A program made the position numbers and the translations under genes. This document shows, piece by piece, positions 16,251 to 26,022 of a DNA stretch of 64,000 bases. Under the pieces are notes generated by a model. It did no database searches. It saw only the letters and a program-made list of their open reading frames with translations, and was not told where the DNA came from. The DNA is taken from assembly GCA_946531435.1 (NCBI GenBank), contig CAMNAO010000004.1, forward strand, positions 6,786-70,785, in the 5' to 3' direction. This DNA is from an uncultured Clostridia bacterium. GTDB taxonomy: Bacteria; Bacillota; Clostridia; Oscillospirales; Oscillospiraceae. How positions within the stretch are numbered: position 1 is the stretch's first letter; every line of letters begins with the position of its first letter.

Positions 16251-17600
16251 TCAGGTTTCCACGGGATACGGGGCGCCCCCGTAGCGTTCGTTGGTGTCCA
16301 GCATATACCGGTTGAGAAGGTTATTGAAGCCGGTAAAACAAGCGCCGTAGGACATCCGCATGGTGTAGGTGTCCGTCTGAAGGGACGCGTGGCAGTTGAG
16401 GGGATTCTCCTCGTATTTGGGGGGTGCGATGCCGCCCACGCTGCCGAAGCAGTCGTCAAAGAAAACCGTGGTCTCAAAGGGCATCAGATCGGCGACCTTC
16501 TTATAAATTTCCGAGAAGCATCTGCCGTTGACGGCGCAGAAGGCGATCCCGTCGATCACCGCCAGCTTAAAGCGGAATGGAATAGGCTTCTCGCCCTGGG
16601 TCGGCTTCACATTGGTGGTCTTGGGATCAAACACCATGGGCGGATGACCGAAGGGCTTCCGGGAGGGGACGTCGATCTTCTCCTCATCCGACCAGTAAAC
16701 GAACTCATCGGAGTAGTGCTCGATCTTTCCCATCGCGCGGAGAATGTCCTGCCCCTGTTCACAGGCGTAAAAACGCATAAGCTTCAGATTGGCGTCAATG
16801 GGCATATAGTCGTGAACGTAATAGAACTCGCCGGCGTCATTGACCTCCATCTTATCCATGAGGGAGTAGGTGATGGCCTGCTGATCCTGTCCGGCCCCGC
16901 AGGACCACATCAGCGGGAACTGGTGCTTTCCGGCTTTCTCCACGTAGTCAATGATCTGGCCGGCCACATCGCTGGCGAAATAGGGGAATTGGCCGTAATG
17001 ACTGTTCCAGTAAAGGGAGCAGTTCTGCATGCAGTAATTGGCCAGCACGCACATGGTCCGTCCTTCCGTATCCTCCACCCGCACGACCCGGAGCCAGGGG
17101 GCCCGGGGGCCGTTGTGGGCCATGGACTCGAAGTTTCCGATCTCGGTATACTGCTCCCGGAAGGTGTTGATCCAACTGTCCACAACAATGCCGCCGATCC
17201 TGGCGGGCCGCACCGTGGCGGCAGCCTCCCGGATGCTCTCTACCAGAGCCTTCAGATACATTTTGCCGTAAGCCTTGTGTCCCTCATCCATCTCGTCAAA
17301 GCGCTTGTCCTGCCAGCCGCTGACGCCGTTATGGCAGCGGGTGCCGCTGAAGAAGCAGTCCTTCAGCTCGACGCCCAGGTCAGCAAGGGCCTCTCTCAGG
17401 TCGTCGTTGAGGGTCATGTAGCTGAGATCATTGCAGACATACACAAAGCGCCGCTGGCCGTCGGTCAGCACCAGGACCTTCACCGACATCCGGTTATAAA
17501 TCCCATCATACTTATAGTTCGTCGTGTTTTTGATGAGTTCCAGCATCTCAGCGTCGGGAGTGATATCCCTTGACGCAACGCCTGCCAACAGTTTTCCCAT
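16251..17600 (-). CDS. divergent neutral-ceramidase-like protein (paralog P2), possibly catalytically degenerate
   Basis: N-terminus MGKLLAGVASRDITP matches the family. By-eye alignment puts TRCHNG opposite THNHS and NYCMQNCS opposite NYGCHPTS. RBS GAAGGAGG. Confidence 0.5.
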   Translation of the reverse strand: MGKLLAGVASRDITPDAEMLELIKNTTNYKYDGIYNRMSVKVLVLTDGQRRFVYVCNDLSYMTLNDDLREALADLGVELKDCFFSGTRCHNGVSGWQDKRFDEMDEGHKAYGKMYLKALVESIREAAATVRPARIGGIVVDSWINTFREQYTEIGNFESMAHNGPRAPWLRVVRVEDTEGRTMCVLANYCMQNCSLYWNSHYGQFPYFASDVAGQIIDYVEKAGKHQFPLMWSCGAGQDQQAITYSLMDKMEVNDAGEFYYVHDYMPIDANLKLMRFYACEQGQDILRAMGKIEHYSDEFVYWSDEEKIDVPSRKPFGHPPMVFDPKTTNVKPTQGEKPIPFRFKLAVIDGIAFCAVNGRCFSEIYKKVADLMPFETTVFFDDCFGSVGGIAPPKYEENPLNCHASLQTDTYTMRMSYGACFTGFNNLLNRYMLDTNERYGGAPYPVET

Positions 17601-17618
17601 GGTTTTCCTCCTTCGTCC

Positions 17619-19043
17619 TCAATCCGTTTTGCCCATCAGCGTATCGAACATTTCCAGCATTCTGTCACAGATCCGCTTGTCGTTCCCGCCCGGAAAGGTG
17701 GTGGTGTGGTATCTCGTAAAAGTATCGTGGTCCTTGGCGTTGTCGCTGAGGAGATATCCCCCGTTCCGCATCGCGTCGCCGTGGCTGTGAGAGATGATCA
17801 CCGTCTTTTTGAAGGGGGATTCCTTCTTCATCCTCATGCCGATCTCGCAATAAGGCTCCCCGGAGACACCCACCCATGCCACGTCGCTGAAGAGGGCGAT
17901 CTGCATACTCAGGGGGGAGACGCCGTCCGGGTCCAGAACCATCCTGCCCCGGGTCTCCTTGGCAGGGGAGCGGCCGTTCACCAAGAGTTCGGGACAGCGC
18001 TTGCGCACGATGTTGTCCGTAATTGCCCAGTCAAGGTAGTTGTCTTTACCCTCATACTTCTGCCGGGGGAGATTGAGAACCGACGCCGTTGTCCGGATCT
18101 CCATGGTCTCCTTCATCTCAACGATGCTTTTAATCACCCGGTAGGTGTCGATCCCGTGTTCCATGCCCAGCGTCATCATATTCTGATAGGCAAAGCCGTA
18201 GGGCGGGTCCGCGGGCTCATTATAGCCGTCCAGCTCATAGTTGCGGAGGTAACCCATGGTGCATACCGGGTTGACGTCGCCGGAGGATCCGTTGGTCCAC
18301 AGCATGACAGCGTCGCCGCCAAAGCGCTTTTCCACCAGCTCCGCAGCGACACCGGGGAAATCCGGGGCGACCTTGCGAACGCCGTCCGCATCCGGAAGCT
18401 CCGGCCGAAGGCAGGTGGGATGGCAGCCGTAGTTGGAAACCGCGGCGATGAGGCTGCCGTCCAGAGCCTCAAACTTCATCACCGCCAGCGTCCGGTCCAC
18501 CGGTCCGCGGAAGTTGCAGCCCTCCATCCAATGGCCATCCTCGAACTGCATGTCACGGTTGACGTTGATATAGCTGTCCCCTTCGCCAAAGCCCCACCGG
18601 GCAGGCTGCATCTTTGAGATTGCGGTCCCGATCACCTCGTCCACCGCCTTTTCGATGAGCCCGAGATAACGGTAACTCAGCTCTCTATTCGGGTCGCGCC
18701 CCCACTTCAGTTGGGAGGAATGGTTGTGGGTCCACACGCCCAGGATATTCTGGGGCGGGATCCCGTATTTTTTATGGATCGCCTCTTTGAACTCGGTATC
18801 CAGGCTGGGGCCGCAGTCCAGATTCAAAAACAGGAATCTTACGTCTCCGTTGTCGATGACCACCGCCCTGGTATAGACGTCCATAAAGACGCCGGCCATG
18901 ACCGGGGACGCATCCTTCGCCGCGCTCTCCCGGTTCATGTGCACGCGGGAAACTGGGCCGTTCTTTTGTTTGCTTTCCAAGGGGAACCAGTCCGCCGGCG
19001 GAGTAATGCATACCTTTGCCGCCCCAACTTTGATTTTTCCCAT
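17619..19043 (-). CDS. neutral/alkaline ceramidase-like amidohydrolase (paralog P3, close to P1)
   Basis: Aligns end to end with P1, including long identical runs such as GDSYINVNRD.QFEDGHWMEGCNFRGPVDRTLAVMKF. Has WTHNHS and NYGCHPT. RBS AGGAGG. Confidence 0.6.
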   Translation of the reverse strand: MGKIKVGAAKVCITPPADWFPLESKQKNGPVSRVHMNRESAAKDASPVMAGVFMDVYTRAVVIDNGDVRFLFLNLDCGPSLDTEFKEAIHKKYGIPPQNILGVWTHNHSSQLKWGRDPNRELSYRYLGLIEKAVDEVIGTAISKMQPARWGFGEGDSYINVNRDMQFEDGHWMEGCNFRGPVDRTLAVMKFEALDGSLIAAVSNYGCHPTCLRPELPDADGVRKVAPDFPGVAAELVEKRFGGDAVMLWTNGSSGDVNPVCTMGYLRNYELDGYNEPADPPYGFAYQNMMTLGMEHGIDTYRVIKSIVEMKETMEIRTTASVLNLPRQKYEGKDNYLDWAITDNIVRKRCPELLVNGRSPAKETRGRMVLDPDGVSPLSMQIALFSDVAWVGVSGEPYCEIGMRMKKESPFKKTVIISHSHGDAMRNGGYLLSDNAKDHDTFTRYHTTTFPGGNDKRICDRMLEMFDTLMGKTD

Positions 19044-19127
19044 TGTGATCCTCCTGTTCTTAAGGGATTGCTCCCTGAAATTACCGTCTTCTTCCCCGGT
19101 CCATGGACGCCATCGGGGATTCCCTTC

Positions 19128-20255
19128 TCAGGCAAAAACCATATTCGCGGCGCCGATGGGAAGCGGGATCCGATGGTCGAAGGCAATGGTACCGTCTTCG
19201 GCAATGGCATAGATTTTCAGCGAGGGGCTGTTTTCCACTCTGCTGCAAGCCAAAAGGAATCTTCCGTCCGGGGATACCGCCATTCCTCTCGGTGCCTCCG
19301 CTCCATCCTCCACCAACTGAATTCTCTTGAAGCTGCCGTCCGGCGCAACCGAGAAAACACCGATGGAATCCGGGTCGCGTACGTTTACATAAAGCATCAT
19401 GCCGTCCGGGGATACGGCGATATCGCTGGGATGACCCCGGCCGTCGTCCCGCAGGGCAACCGCCTGTGTCGGCGTGATCGAATCCGCACCCGGGCGATAT
19501 GCAAAGGAGTAAACCACCGGTTCCGTTTCGCAATTGCTGTAGAACATCCCGGTCCTGTTGTTGAAATAACTGTATCGGGGCGCTGTGCCGCGTCGTGCGT
19601 CCACGGTATCGCTCACCGCCAGCTTCCGGTTTTCCCGGTCAATGGTGAAGACATATCGTCGGTCGAGTCCTTTGTCACATACAAGGAATGCGTCGCTGTC
19701 ACCGGCGCGGACAACAGAATGCAAATGGGGGAAGCTGTGGGTGCCGTAACGATCGTGCCCTTCAATTTCAACTGCGTCACAGAGCTCGCCAATCCGTCCG
19801 TCCGCTTCCAATGCATAGAGAACCGCCGTTGCGGTGTCGTAGGTCAGCTTGATCCCGAAGCTTCCGTCCGGTCTTCGGTCCAGGGTGGAGGCGGTATTGC
19901 TGAGGCCGTGGTGGACCACCAGCAAAAACTCTCTGGCATTGTCATAGCTCACATAGCAGGGATTGTTTCCAAACGTCCTGCATCTGGAAATCTCGGTCAG
20001 CTTCCCTGTATCCCGATCCTGTCTGAACGCCAGCACATATCCACCGCCGCCGGTACGGCCCTTGAGATCGCTGACCTCGTTGACTGCATACAGTACACCG
20101 TTCTTTTCGTCAAAGCACTGCTGACCGATGGATAGATCGGGAACGTAGTTTTCTATCATTTCAATATTGCAGGTTTCGCTGAGGTAACGATAGGCGGTAA
20201 TGCCCATCGTCGTTTTCGGGTCTCTGCCGAAGCTGCCAAGATAAAGAGTATTCAT
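19128..20255 (-). CDS. beta-propeller lactonase-family protein (6-phosphogluconolactonase-like, 7-bladed)
   Basis: Repeated blade-like segments (VLYAVNEVSD..., GKLTEI..., YVSYD...) typical of the Lactonase family (recalled). The second ATG (MNTLYLG, 20255) is preferred because the first ATG (20273) has no RBS. Confidence 0.65.
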   Translation of the reverse strand: MNTLYLGSFGRDPKTTMGITAYRYLSETCNIEMIENYVPDLSIGQQCFDEKNGVLYAVNEVSDLKGRTGGGGYVLAFRQDRDTGKLTEISRCRTFGNNPCYVSYDNAREFLLVVHHGLSNTASTLDRRPDGSFGIKLTYDTATAVLYALEADGRIGELCDAVEIEGHDRYGTHSFPHLHSVVRAGDSDAFLVCDKGLDRRYVFTIDRENRKLAVSDTVDARRGTAPRYSYFNNRTGMFYSNCETEPVVYSFAYRPGADSITPTQAVALRDDGRGHPSDIAVSPDGMMLYVNVRDPDSIGVFSVAPDGSFKRIQLVEDGAEAPRGMAVSPDGRFLLACSRVENSPSLKIYAIAEDGTIAFDHRIPLPIGAANMVFA

Positions 20256-20279
20256 AGGAAAGCCTTTCTGCATACAGTG

Positions 20280-22028
20280 TTAAAACAGCTCCCGGATCCT
20301 TCCGGTCTCCGGGTCCAGCCGAAAGCGGCGCAGGAAATCCCAGGAGAGGGTGCACATCATAGGCGTCACCGTATGGGGCATATTCTCCTGCCTGATGACA
20401 CGGAGGTGCTCCTTCCCCTCAACATTTCTGAAATCCACAATGTAATGCTCGATCCCGTCGCTCCAGAGCGTAGAAAAGCGGTCACCCGGCAGGCAGGTCA
20501 TGCGCTCCGCATATTCGGCGCTTTCAAATACGGCGAGATACCGCTCCGCGCTCCTGGGGGGGATCCGGTGGACCTTGAAGAAGTACTCCCATTGGGGCAT
20601 GAACCGTTCCAGCATGTCCTGCCTGTCCGCCGGTGGATTGCCCTCCCACATGGCGTTGATGACAACGGTCGGCATATCACGATCCATCAGTTCATGCCGC
20701 AGGCTGTAATCCCATCGGGCGTTCATCGCCTTCGGCGCCGGGGCGCTGCCGAGGAGAGCGATGGCAGTGATAAAATCCGGATGCCGGTTGGCTAACTCAA
20801 AGGCAAAGTAGCCATCGTGGCTGTGCCCCGTGGCATACACTCTCGTGAGATCGAAGGGATAGCGCTCAGCACACCGGCGGGCGATCTCGATGATCCGCTC
20901 ATTGGTGTCGTTATTCTCCATCACATAGTAAAGGAGACCGCATTCTCCCTGGGCCGCGATCTCCAGCCACTCCCCCAGATAGCTGTGGGCGGTTACGGCA
21001 AGGTGCTCGTTCCCTCCGTACACCTCCTGAAGCACCATCACCAGGGGGACGGGCTTTCGCGTCTCGTAAGCCTCCCTGGGGAAGGCTACGATATACCGGT
21101 CGCCGTATTCGTCCCGGGCAACCTCGTAAACAAAGCCCTTGTCTTCCATCTCCTTTTGAAAGCGGGGATCCTCCACTGTGTCATATCGGTACTCATACAG
21201 CATATCCCGGGCCATGCGCTTCCCGACGCCGCTGTGAATGAACCGCTCCCGGTCAAAGCGGCCCTCGTTCATGTCGTAGGTGACCACAAGGCCCCTCTCC
21301 AGGGAATCGCAGTTGCCCCAGCGGCCGGAAATATCCAGAACGGGAATGCCGGTACCAAGGAAATCCTCTATGGCCCCGTCGGGGTCCAGCGCCGCACCGC
21401 TTCGGTCGGTGTAGCGAAAGCCCTCCACCTGGGACAGCTTCCCGTAAGCCGCGGCCACGGTCACATCCAGATAGAACCGGTCCACGTCGCAGGGAAAGAG
21501 AACGGAGAACTCCTGCATGATATTGAAATAGACCTTATCGTACCCGGGCTTTTCATTGACCAGGACAGCAAAGATAAAATCCTGTCTTAACGCTGCCAAA
21601 TCGATGTATTTCTCGTAGCGCTTCACCGCCCGCATCATCCACAAAGGGTTTTTCTCATCCTCCACGTCGAACACGCATAAAACGGGCAGCTTTTTCTTCT
21701 GTTCCACAGCCCACTTCGGGCAGAAAATATACCACGGATGACCTGCCGAATCCTTACCGCCCTGGCTGGTGGCATGGTATATGAGTCCCTTTTCCTCCGC
21801 TGACTGAAATACCGCAGGGTCCTCATAGCCCCGAAGCTTCCAGTTGTAATAAGGGGATCTCTTCACATCCTCAATTGCGTCCGCGTCAAAGGATGGGATG
21901 TAATCACTCTCAAGAATCGGTGTGATCTCCTGAATATGCTCGATGAGTTTGGAAACAGGGGCGACTCTGTCCGACCATGTTTCAGTCTTCCAGAGCTCGA
22001 TATTCGGATAGGAATAGTATCTGTTCAT
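20280..22028 (-). CDS. tandem pseudo-esterase + esterase alpha/beta-hydrolase (paralog D, close to A)
   Basis: Start MNRYYSYPNIELW at 22028; the 38-aa upstream extension in the ORF track is discarded. Active elbow FDLTRVYATGHSHDG; degenerate half CDVDRFYLDVT. C-terminus NMPH...WDFLRRFRLDPETGRIRELF. Confidence 0.75.
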   Translation of the reverse strand: MNRYYSYPNIELWKTETWSDRVAPVSKLIEHIQEITPILESDYIPSFDADAIEDVKRSPYYNWKLRGYEDPAVFQSAEEKGLIYHATSQGGKDSAGHPWYIFCPKWAVEQKKKLPVLCVFDVEDEKNPLWMMRAVKRYEKYIDLAALRQDFIFAVLVNEKPGYDKVYFNIMQEFSVLFPCDVDRFYLDVTVAAAYGKLSQVEGFRYTDRSGAALDPDGAIEDFLGTGIPVLDISGRWGNCDSLERGLVVTYDMNEGRFDRERFIHSGVGKRMARDMLYEYRYDTVEDPRFQKEMEDKGFVYEVARDEYGDRYIVAFPREAYETRKPVPLVMVLQEVYGGNEHLAVTAHSYLGEWLEIAAQGECGLLYYVMENNDTNERIIEIARRCAERYPFDLTRVYATGHSHDGYFAFELANRHPDFITAIALLGSAPAPKAMNARWDYSLRHELMDRDMPTVVINAMWEGNPPADRQDMLERFMPQWEYFFKVHRIPPRSAERYLAVFESAEYAERMTCLPGDRFSTLWSDGIEHYIVDFRNVEGKEHLRVIRQENMPHTVTPMMCTLSWDFLRRFRLDPETGRIRELF

Positions 22029-22048
22029 TTTTGTCCTCAATAACTCTT

Positions 22049-22084
22049 TTCCCGGATTGGAGAAGCTCTGCACCAATCCGGGAA
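22049..22084 (-). other. intercistronic hairpin (12-bp perfect stem) between the last ABC gene and hydrolase D
   Basis: ttcccggattgg (22049-22060) pairs with ccaatccgggaa (22073-22084). No U-tract follows, so it is not a terminator. An RBS and ATG follow directly. Confidence 0.45.
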
Positions 22085-22172
22085 GTAGATTCGGTCTATA
22101 TCCCCCCGTCGACACCAATGACAACACCGGGAATCCCGGCATCTGCCGCTGCGGAGATCGAACCGCGTCCGG

Positions 22173-23156
22173 TCAGGCCAGGGTCTGTTTGGCGGCTGTC
22201 GCCCTTGTCTCCTCCCAGTAATGGCAGGCCACGCAGTGGCCGGGGGCGACCTCCTGCAGTTGGGGCGTCTCATTTTCGCACTTTTCGCGGCTCATCCAGC
22301 AGCGGGGCGCGAAACGGCAGCCGGGTTTGGGATTGATCGGACTTGGCACATCGCCCTCCAGGACAATCCTCTTGGTTTTGTTGGCAAAGTCGATGCGGGG
22401 CACAGCGGAAAGAAGCGCCGTGGAATAGGGGTGCAGCGTATTGGCAAAGATCTCATCCGTCGGCGCAATCTCAACGATCTGCCCGAGATACATGACCGCG
22501 ACACGATTGGAGATGTGACGCACCACGCTCAGATCGTGGGAAATGAACAAATAACTGAGGCCCATTTGCTTCTGAAGCTTCATCAGCAGATTGATGATGA
22601 TCGCCTGAACCGAGACGTCAAGGGCGGAGACCGGCTCGTCACAGATGATGAATTTCGGGTTCAGCGCCAGTGCTCTCGCAATGCCGGTAAGCTGACGCTT
22701 ACCGCCATCCATCTCATGGGGGAACATTTCAAGCACATAAGGCTCCAGCCCCACAAGATCGGCCATCTCACGAACCTTTTCCTTCAATTCCTTTCCACGA
22801 TACATATGATGGATCTGGTACGGGTCGGAGAGAATGGCTTCCACAGACTCTCTGGGGTTTAAGGACGAATACGGATCCTGGAAAATGATCTGCATTTTTT
22901 TATGAAGCTCGCGCCGCTGGGCCTTGTTGTACTCAAGAATGTTCTCACCCTCGAAGTACACCTTGCCGTCGGTCGCTTTCAGGAGCTGGATCAGCACGTT
23001 GCCGATCGTGCTTTTTCCGCAGCCGGACTCGCCAACGAGGCCAACCGTCTCGTTGGGCATGATGTCGAAAGAGACGTCGTCCACCGCGTGGAGCTTGCCC
23101 TTGCCGGAGACATTAAAATACATCTTCAGATGTTCTACTTTTACCAAAGGCTCCAT
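22173..23156 (-). CDS. ABC transporter ATP-binding protein (OppF/DppF-like)
   Basis: Walker A GESGCGKST, signature LSGG-like region, and the C-terminal oligopeptide-type extension with Cys residues. Confidence 0.9.
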   Translation of the reverse strand: MEPLVKVEHLKMYFNVSGKGKLHAVDDVSFDIMPNETVGLVGESGCGKSTIGNVLIQLLKATDGKVYFEGENILEYNKAQRRELHKKMQIIFQDPYSSLNPRESVEAILSDPYQIHHMYRGKELKEKVREMADLVGLEPYVLEMFPHEMDGGKRQLTGIARALALNPKFIICDEPVSALDVSVQAIIINLLMKLQKQMGLSYLFISHDLSVVRHISNRVAVMYLGQIVEIAPTDEIFANTLHPYSTALLSAVPRIDFANKTKRIVLEGDVPSPINPKPGCRFAPRCWMSREKCENETPQLQEVAPGHCVACHYWEETRATAAKQTLA

Positions 23157-23157
23157 C

Positions 23158-24171
23158 TTAATCCTCCATTACCCAGCAAGCAGCCTGATGTGATTCCGTA
23201 ATCTTTGTCATAGCAGGGGCCTCTGTCTTGCACTTTTCGGTGCAGTGGCTGCAGCGCGGATGGAACTTGCAGCCCTGGGGCAGATTCTTCGCGTTGGCCA
23301 CAAGCCCGGGAATCGCTTGAAGCTCCTCGCGGGGTCCGGTCAGATTGGGAATTGCATGCACCAGTCCATAGGTGTACCAGTGTCTGGGATTTGTGAACAC
23401 CTCCTCAACGGTGCCATATTCCACGATCTCTCCGCCATACATGACGGCCACCTGCTGACACAGCTCAGCTACGATCCCCAGGTTGTGGGTGATCATCACA
23501 AGAGATGTGGAGAACTCCTTCTGCAGCTTCTTCATCAGCTCCAGAATCTGCGCCTGAATGGTTACGTCAAGGGCCGTAGTCGGCTCATCGCAGAGGAGCA
23601 GCTCGGGATTGCACGCCAGCGCAGCGGCAATACCCACACGCTGTCTCATTCCGCCGGAGAACTGATGGGGGTAGTCATCCAGCCGATATCTGGCGATGCC
23701 GACAGTTTCCAGCAGCTGGGCAGTGCGTTCCGCCGCCTCTCTCTTTCCCAGGCCCTCATGCTTCATGATCCCCATGGCAATCTGGTGACCTACAGTAAAC
23801 AGGGGATTCAGGGAAGAAAGCGGATTCGCGAAAACCATGGAAATGGATTTGCCGCGGATGTGTTCCATCTCCCTATCGCTCTTTTTAAAGATGGACTCGC
23901 CGTGGAAGAAAATATCGCCGTCCGTAACGAAGGAGACCCGATCAGGAAGCAAATTCATGATGGAGAGGGCGGTCGTGGTTTTTCCCGCTCCGGATTCGCC
24001 CACGATTCCAAGAGCCTCACCTTTGTTGATCACAAGGTTTACGCCGTTTACCGCCTTCGCCACGGCGCCTCCCGCACGATATTCCACATGGAGATTCCTG
24101 ATTTCCAACAATGCGTCTGGATGCTCGGGAGTATACGCAGTCCGGATTATTCCATTTTTTCTCATATTCAA
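23158..24171 (-). CDS. ABC transporter ATP-binding protein (OppD/DppD-like)
   Basis: Walker A GESGAGKTT, signature FSGGMRQR, Walker B LLLCDEPTTALD. There is a 1-nt gap to the next ATPase gene. Confidence 0.9.
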   Translation of the reverse strand: MNMRKNGIIRTAYTPEHPDALLEIRNLHVEYRAGGAVAKAVNGVNLVINKGEALGIVGESGAGKTTTALSIMNLLPDRVSFVTDGDIFFHGESIFKKSDREMEHIRGKSISMVFANPLSSLNPLFTVGHQIAMGIMKHEGLGKREAAERTAQLLETVGIARYRLDDYPHQFSGGMRQRVGIAAALACNPELLLCDEPTTALDVTIQAQILELMKKLQKEFSTSLVMITHNLGIVAELCQQVAVMYGGEIVEYGTVEEVFTNPRHWYTYGLVHAIPNLTGPREELQAIPGLVANAKNLPQGCKFHPRCSHCTEKCKTEAPAMTKITESHQAACWVMED

Positions 24172-24187
24172 CGCTCACAATCCGACA

Positions 24188-25042
24188 TTAGTCTGTATTC
24201 TTCGGGTCAAAGACGTCGCGAATACCGTCGCCCAGGAAATTGAAGCCCAGAACCGTAAGAGCAAGAGCAATACCGGGGAAAACAACGATCCACGGACAGC
24301 TGCTGAGATACGTCCGGCCGTCAGCGATCATGTTGCCCCAGGTCGGCGTGGGAGGCGCGATGCCGAGGCCAAGATAGGACAGATTGGTCTCCACCAGGAT
24401 CGTCCCCCCAAGGTGCCCGCTGGCGTCGATCAAGAGCTGCGTAAGCGTATTGGGGAAAAGCTCTTTCCAGATGATACGCCAATCGCTGGCGCCAAGGACT
24501 CTGGAAGCGGAAATGAATTCCTTATTCTTCATTGCAAGGACTGCGGAACGGACCAGACGGGCTGTGCCGACCCAGCCCGAAACGGTCAAAGTGAAGATCA
24601 GGACGCCCATACTGTTGCCAAGGAAGGCAATGATGGTCAGAGCCATCAGCATTTGAGGCAGCGCAGCAAGGATATCGCAGATCCGCATCAGCACCATATC
24701 AATAATGCCGCCGTAAAACGCGGAAACCATGCCCACAAGGGCGCCCAGGGCCATACTGATAACGGTAACGATCACCGCGATTCTGAGAGAGATCCTTCCC
24801 CCGACAAAGAGGCGGCTTAGAACATCACGCCCCAAAGCATCCGTGCCGAAAGGGTGTCCCTGCAGGCCGTCAGTAAAGTAATCCGGGGGGATCAGTCTCT
24901 CTCTCAGGGAACCCACCTCGGGATTCCAGTGAATCCAGAGCTTGGCCGAAGAGCATAGAAGGATCAGAATCAGCAGAAGGCAGAAGCCGATCATAAAGAG
25001 TCTGTTTTTGCGCATGCGACGCAGAACAGTTGATAATTTCAT
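24188..25042 (-). CDS. ABC transporter permease (OppC/DppC-like)
   Basis: Multi-pass membrane protein with an EAA-like loop (SASRVLGASDWRIIWKELFPN). Confidence 0.9.
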   Translation of the reverse strand: MKLSTVLRRMRKNRLFMIGFCLLLILILLCSSAKLWIHWNPEVGSLRERLIPPDYFTDGLQGHPFGTDALGRDVLSRLFVGGRISLRIAVIVTVISMALGALVGMVSAFYGGIIDMVLMRICDILAALPQMLMALTIIAFLGNSMGVLIFTLTVSGWVGTARLVRSAVLAMKNKEFISASRVLGASDWRIIWKELFPNTLTQLLIDASGHLGGTILVETNLSYLGLGIAPPTPTWGNMIADGRTYLSSCPWIVVFPGIALALTVLGFNFLGDGIRDVFDPKNTD

Positions 25043-25060
25043 ATCGCGTTCTCCCTTCTC

Positions 25061-25981
25061 TCAGTTGAAGGTAATTCTCGGGTCGATAATCGTATATACG
25101 ATATCGGCCAGCATGTTGCAGACAACAAGCAGTGCGGCGGTGAACAGCAGGAAGGACTGAACCAGCTGATAGTCTCGCTGGTTGATTCCGGTGATCAGCG
25201 CCTGTCCCATGCCGGGCAGATTGAAGATGTTCTCAACCACGACGGCGCCGGAAACCAACCGGCCGATCTGACCGCCAATGTTCGTTACGATGGGCAGCAG
25301 AGCGTTCTTCAGTGCGTACTTGAAATAGGTCTTATTCCGGGAGATGCCGCGAGCGCGGGTGGCGGTGACATAGTCCTCCCGGAGGACGTCCACCATGCCG
25401 GAGCGCATCAGACGGGTCTGGTGCGCCGCGGTGCCGAAGCCCACACAGAGGCACGGCATGATCAGGCTCCTGGCTCCCTGGACGCCTTGGACCGGCAGCC
25501 AGCCCAGCTTCACAGCGAAGATCAGAATCAACATGAAGCCCAGCCAGACCGTGGACATGGACTGACCCACCACAGCAAAGAACATAGCGAAAAAGTCAAC
25601 GCCGCTCCCCTGATGGATGCCGGCGATGACCCCAAGGATTATTGAGAAGACGCAGGCCCAGAGGATGCCCAGAACGCTGATGCGCAGCGTCTGCGGAATA
25701 CGGATGGCAAACAGTTCAGATACAGGCATGGAAAACGCCCAGGAATACCCCAGATCACCATGAAGCACGTTGTTCATATAGGTGAGGTACTGCTGAACGA
25801 CAGGCTTGTCAAGGCCCATGCGTACGCGCATATCCTCCACTTCCTGGTCTGAGGCAAGCTCACCGGCAAGCATTCTCGCCGGATCGGCGCCATCCAAACG
25901 GACCAGAGCAAAGGAGAAGATTGAGATCGCGATGAGGACGATCACTGACGCGATCAATCGTTTACCCAATTGTCTAAGCAT
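25061..25981 (-). CDS. ABC transporter permease (OppB/DppB-like)
   Basis: Typical N-terminus MLRQLGKRLIASVIVL and EAA loop YVTATRARGISRNKTYFKYALKNAL. Confidence 0.9.
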   Translation of the reverse strand: MLRQLGKRLIASVIVLIAISIFSFALVRLDGADPARMLAGELASDQEVEDMRVRMGLDKPVVQQYLTYMNNVLHGDLGYSWAFSMPVSELFAIRIPQTLRISVLGILWACVFSIILGVIAGIHQGSGVDFFAMFFAVVGQSMSTVWLGFMLILIFAVKLGWLPVQGVQGARSLIMPCLCVGFGTAAHQTRLMRSGMVDVLREDYVTATRARGISRNKTYFKYALKNALLPIVTNIGGQIGRLVSGAVVVENIFNLPGMGQALITGINQRDYQLVQSFLLFTAALLVVCNMLADIVYTIIDPRITFN

Positions 25982-26022
25982 AGAATTCTTCCCTCATCAT
26001 TCGGAGTTTGTCTGTTTAAGGA

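Noticed and set aside
16235-16477. N-terminal extensions proposed by the ORF track, for example 81 aa on hydrolase C, 38 aa on hydrolase D, 9 aa on hydrolase A, and extensions on hypB copy 1, the glycerate kinase, DUF1848, CPBP, EIIC-like, flavodoxin and proC genes.
   Set aside because: The extensions overlap upstream genes or intergenic DNA and are compositionally odd. In each case an internal ATG or GTG with a properly spaced GGAGG-type RBS coincides with the start of family homology.
22029-22172. The 144-nt gap between the ATPase gene and hydrolase D as an internal terminator or separate promoter.
   Set aside because: The hairpin has no U-tract, and no -35/-10 pair is recognisable. I interpret it as an intercistronic structure within one transcript, though an internal promoter cannot be excluded without transcript mapping.
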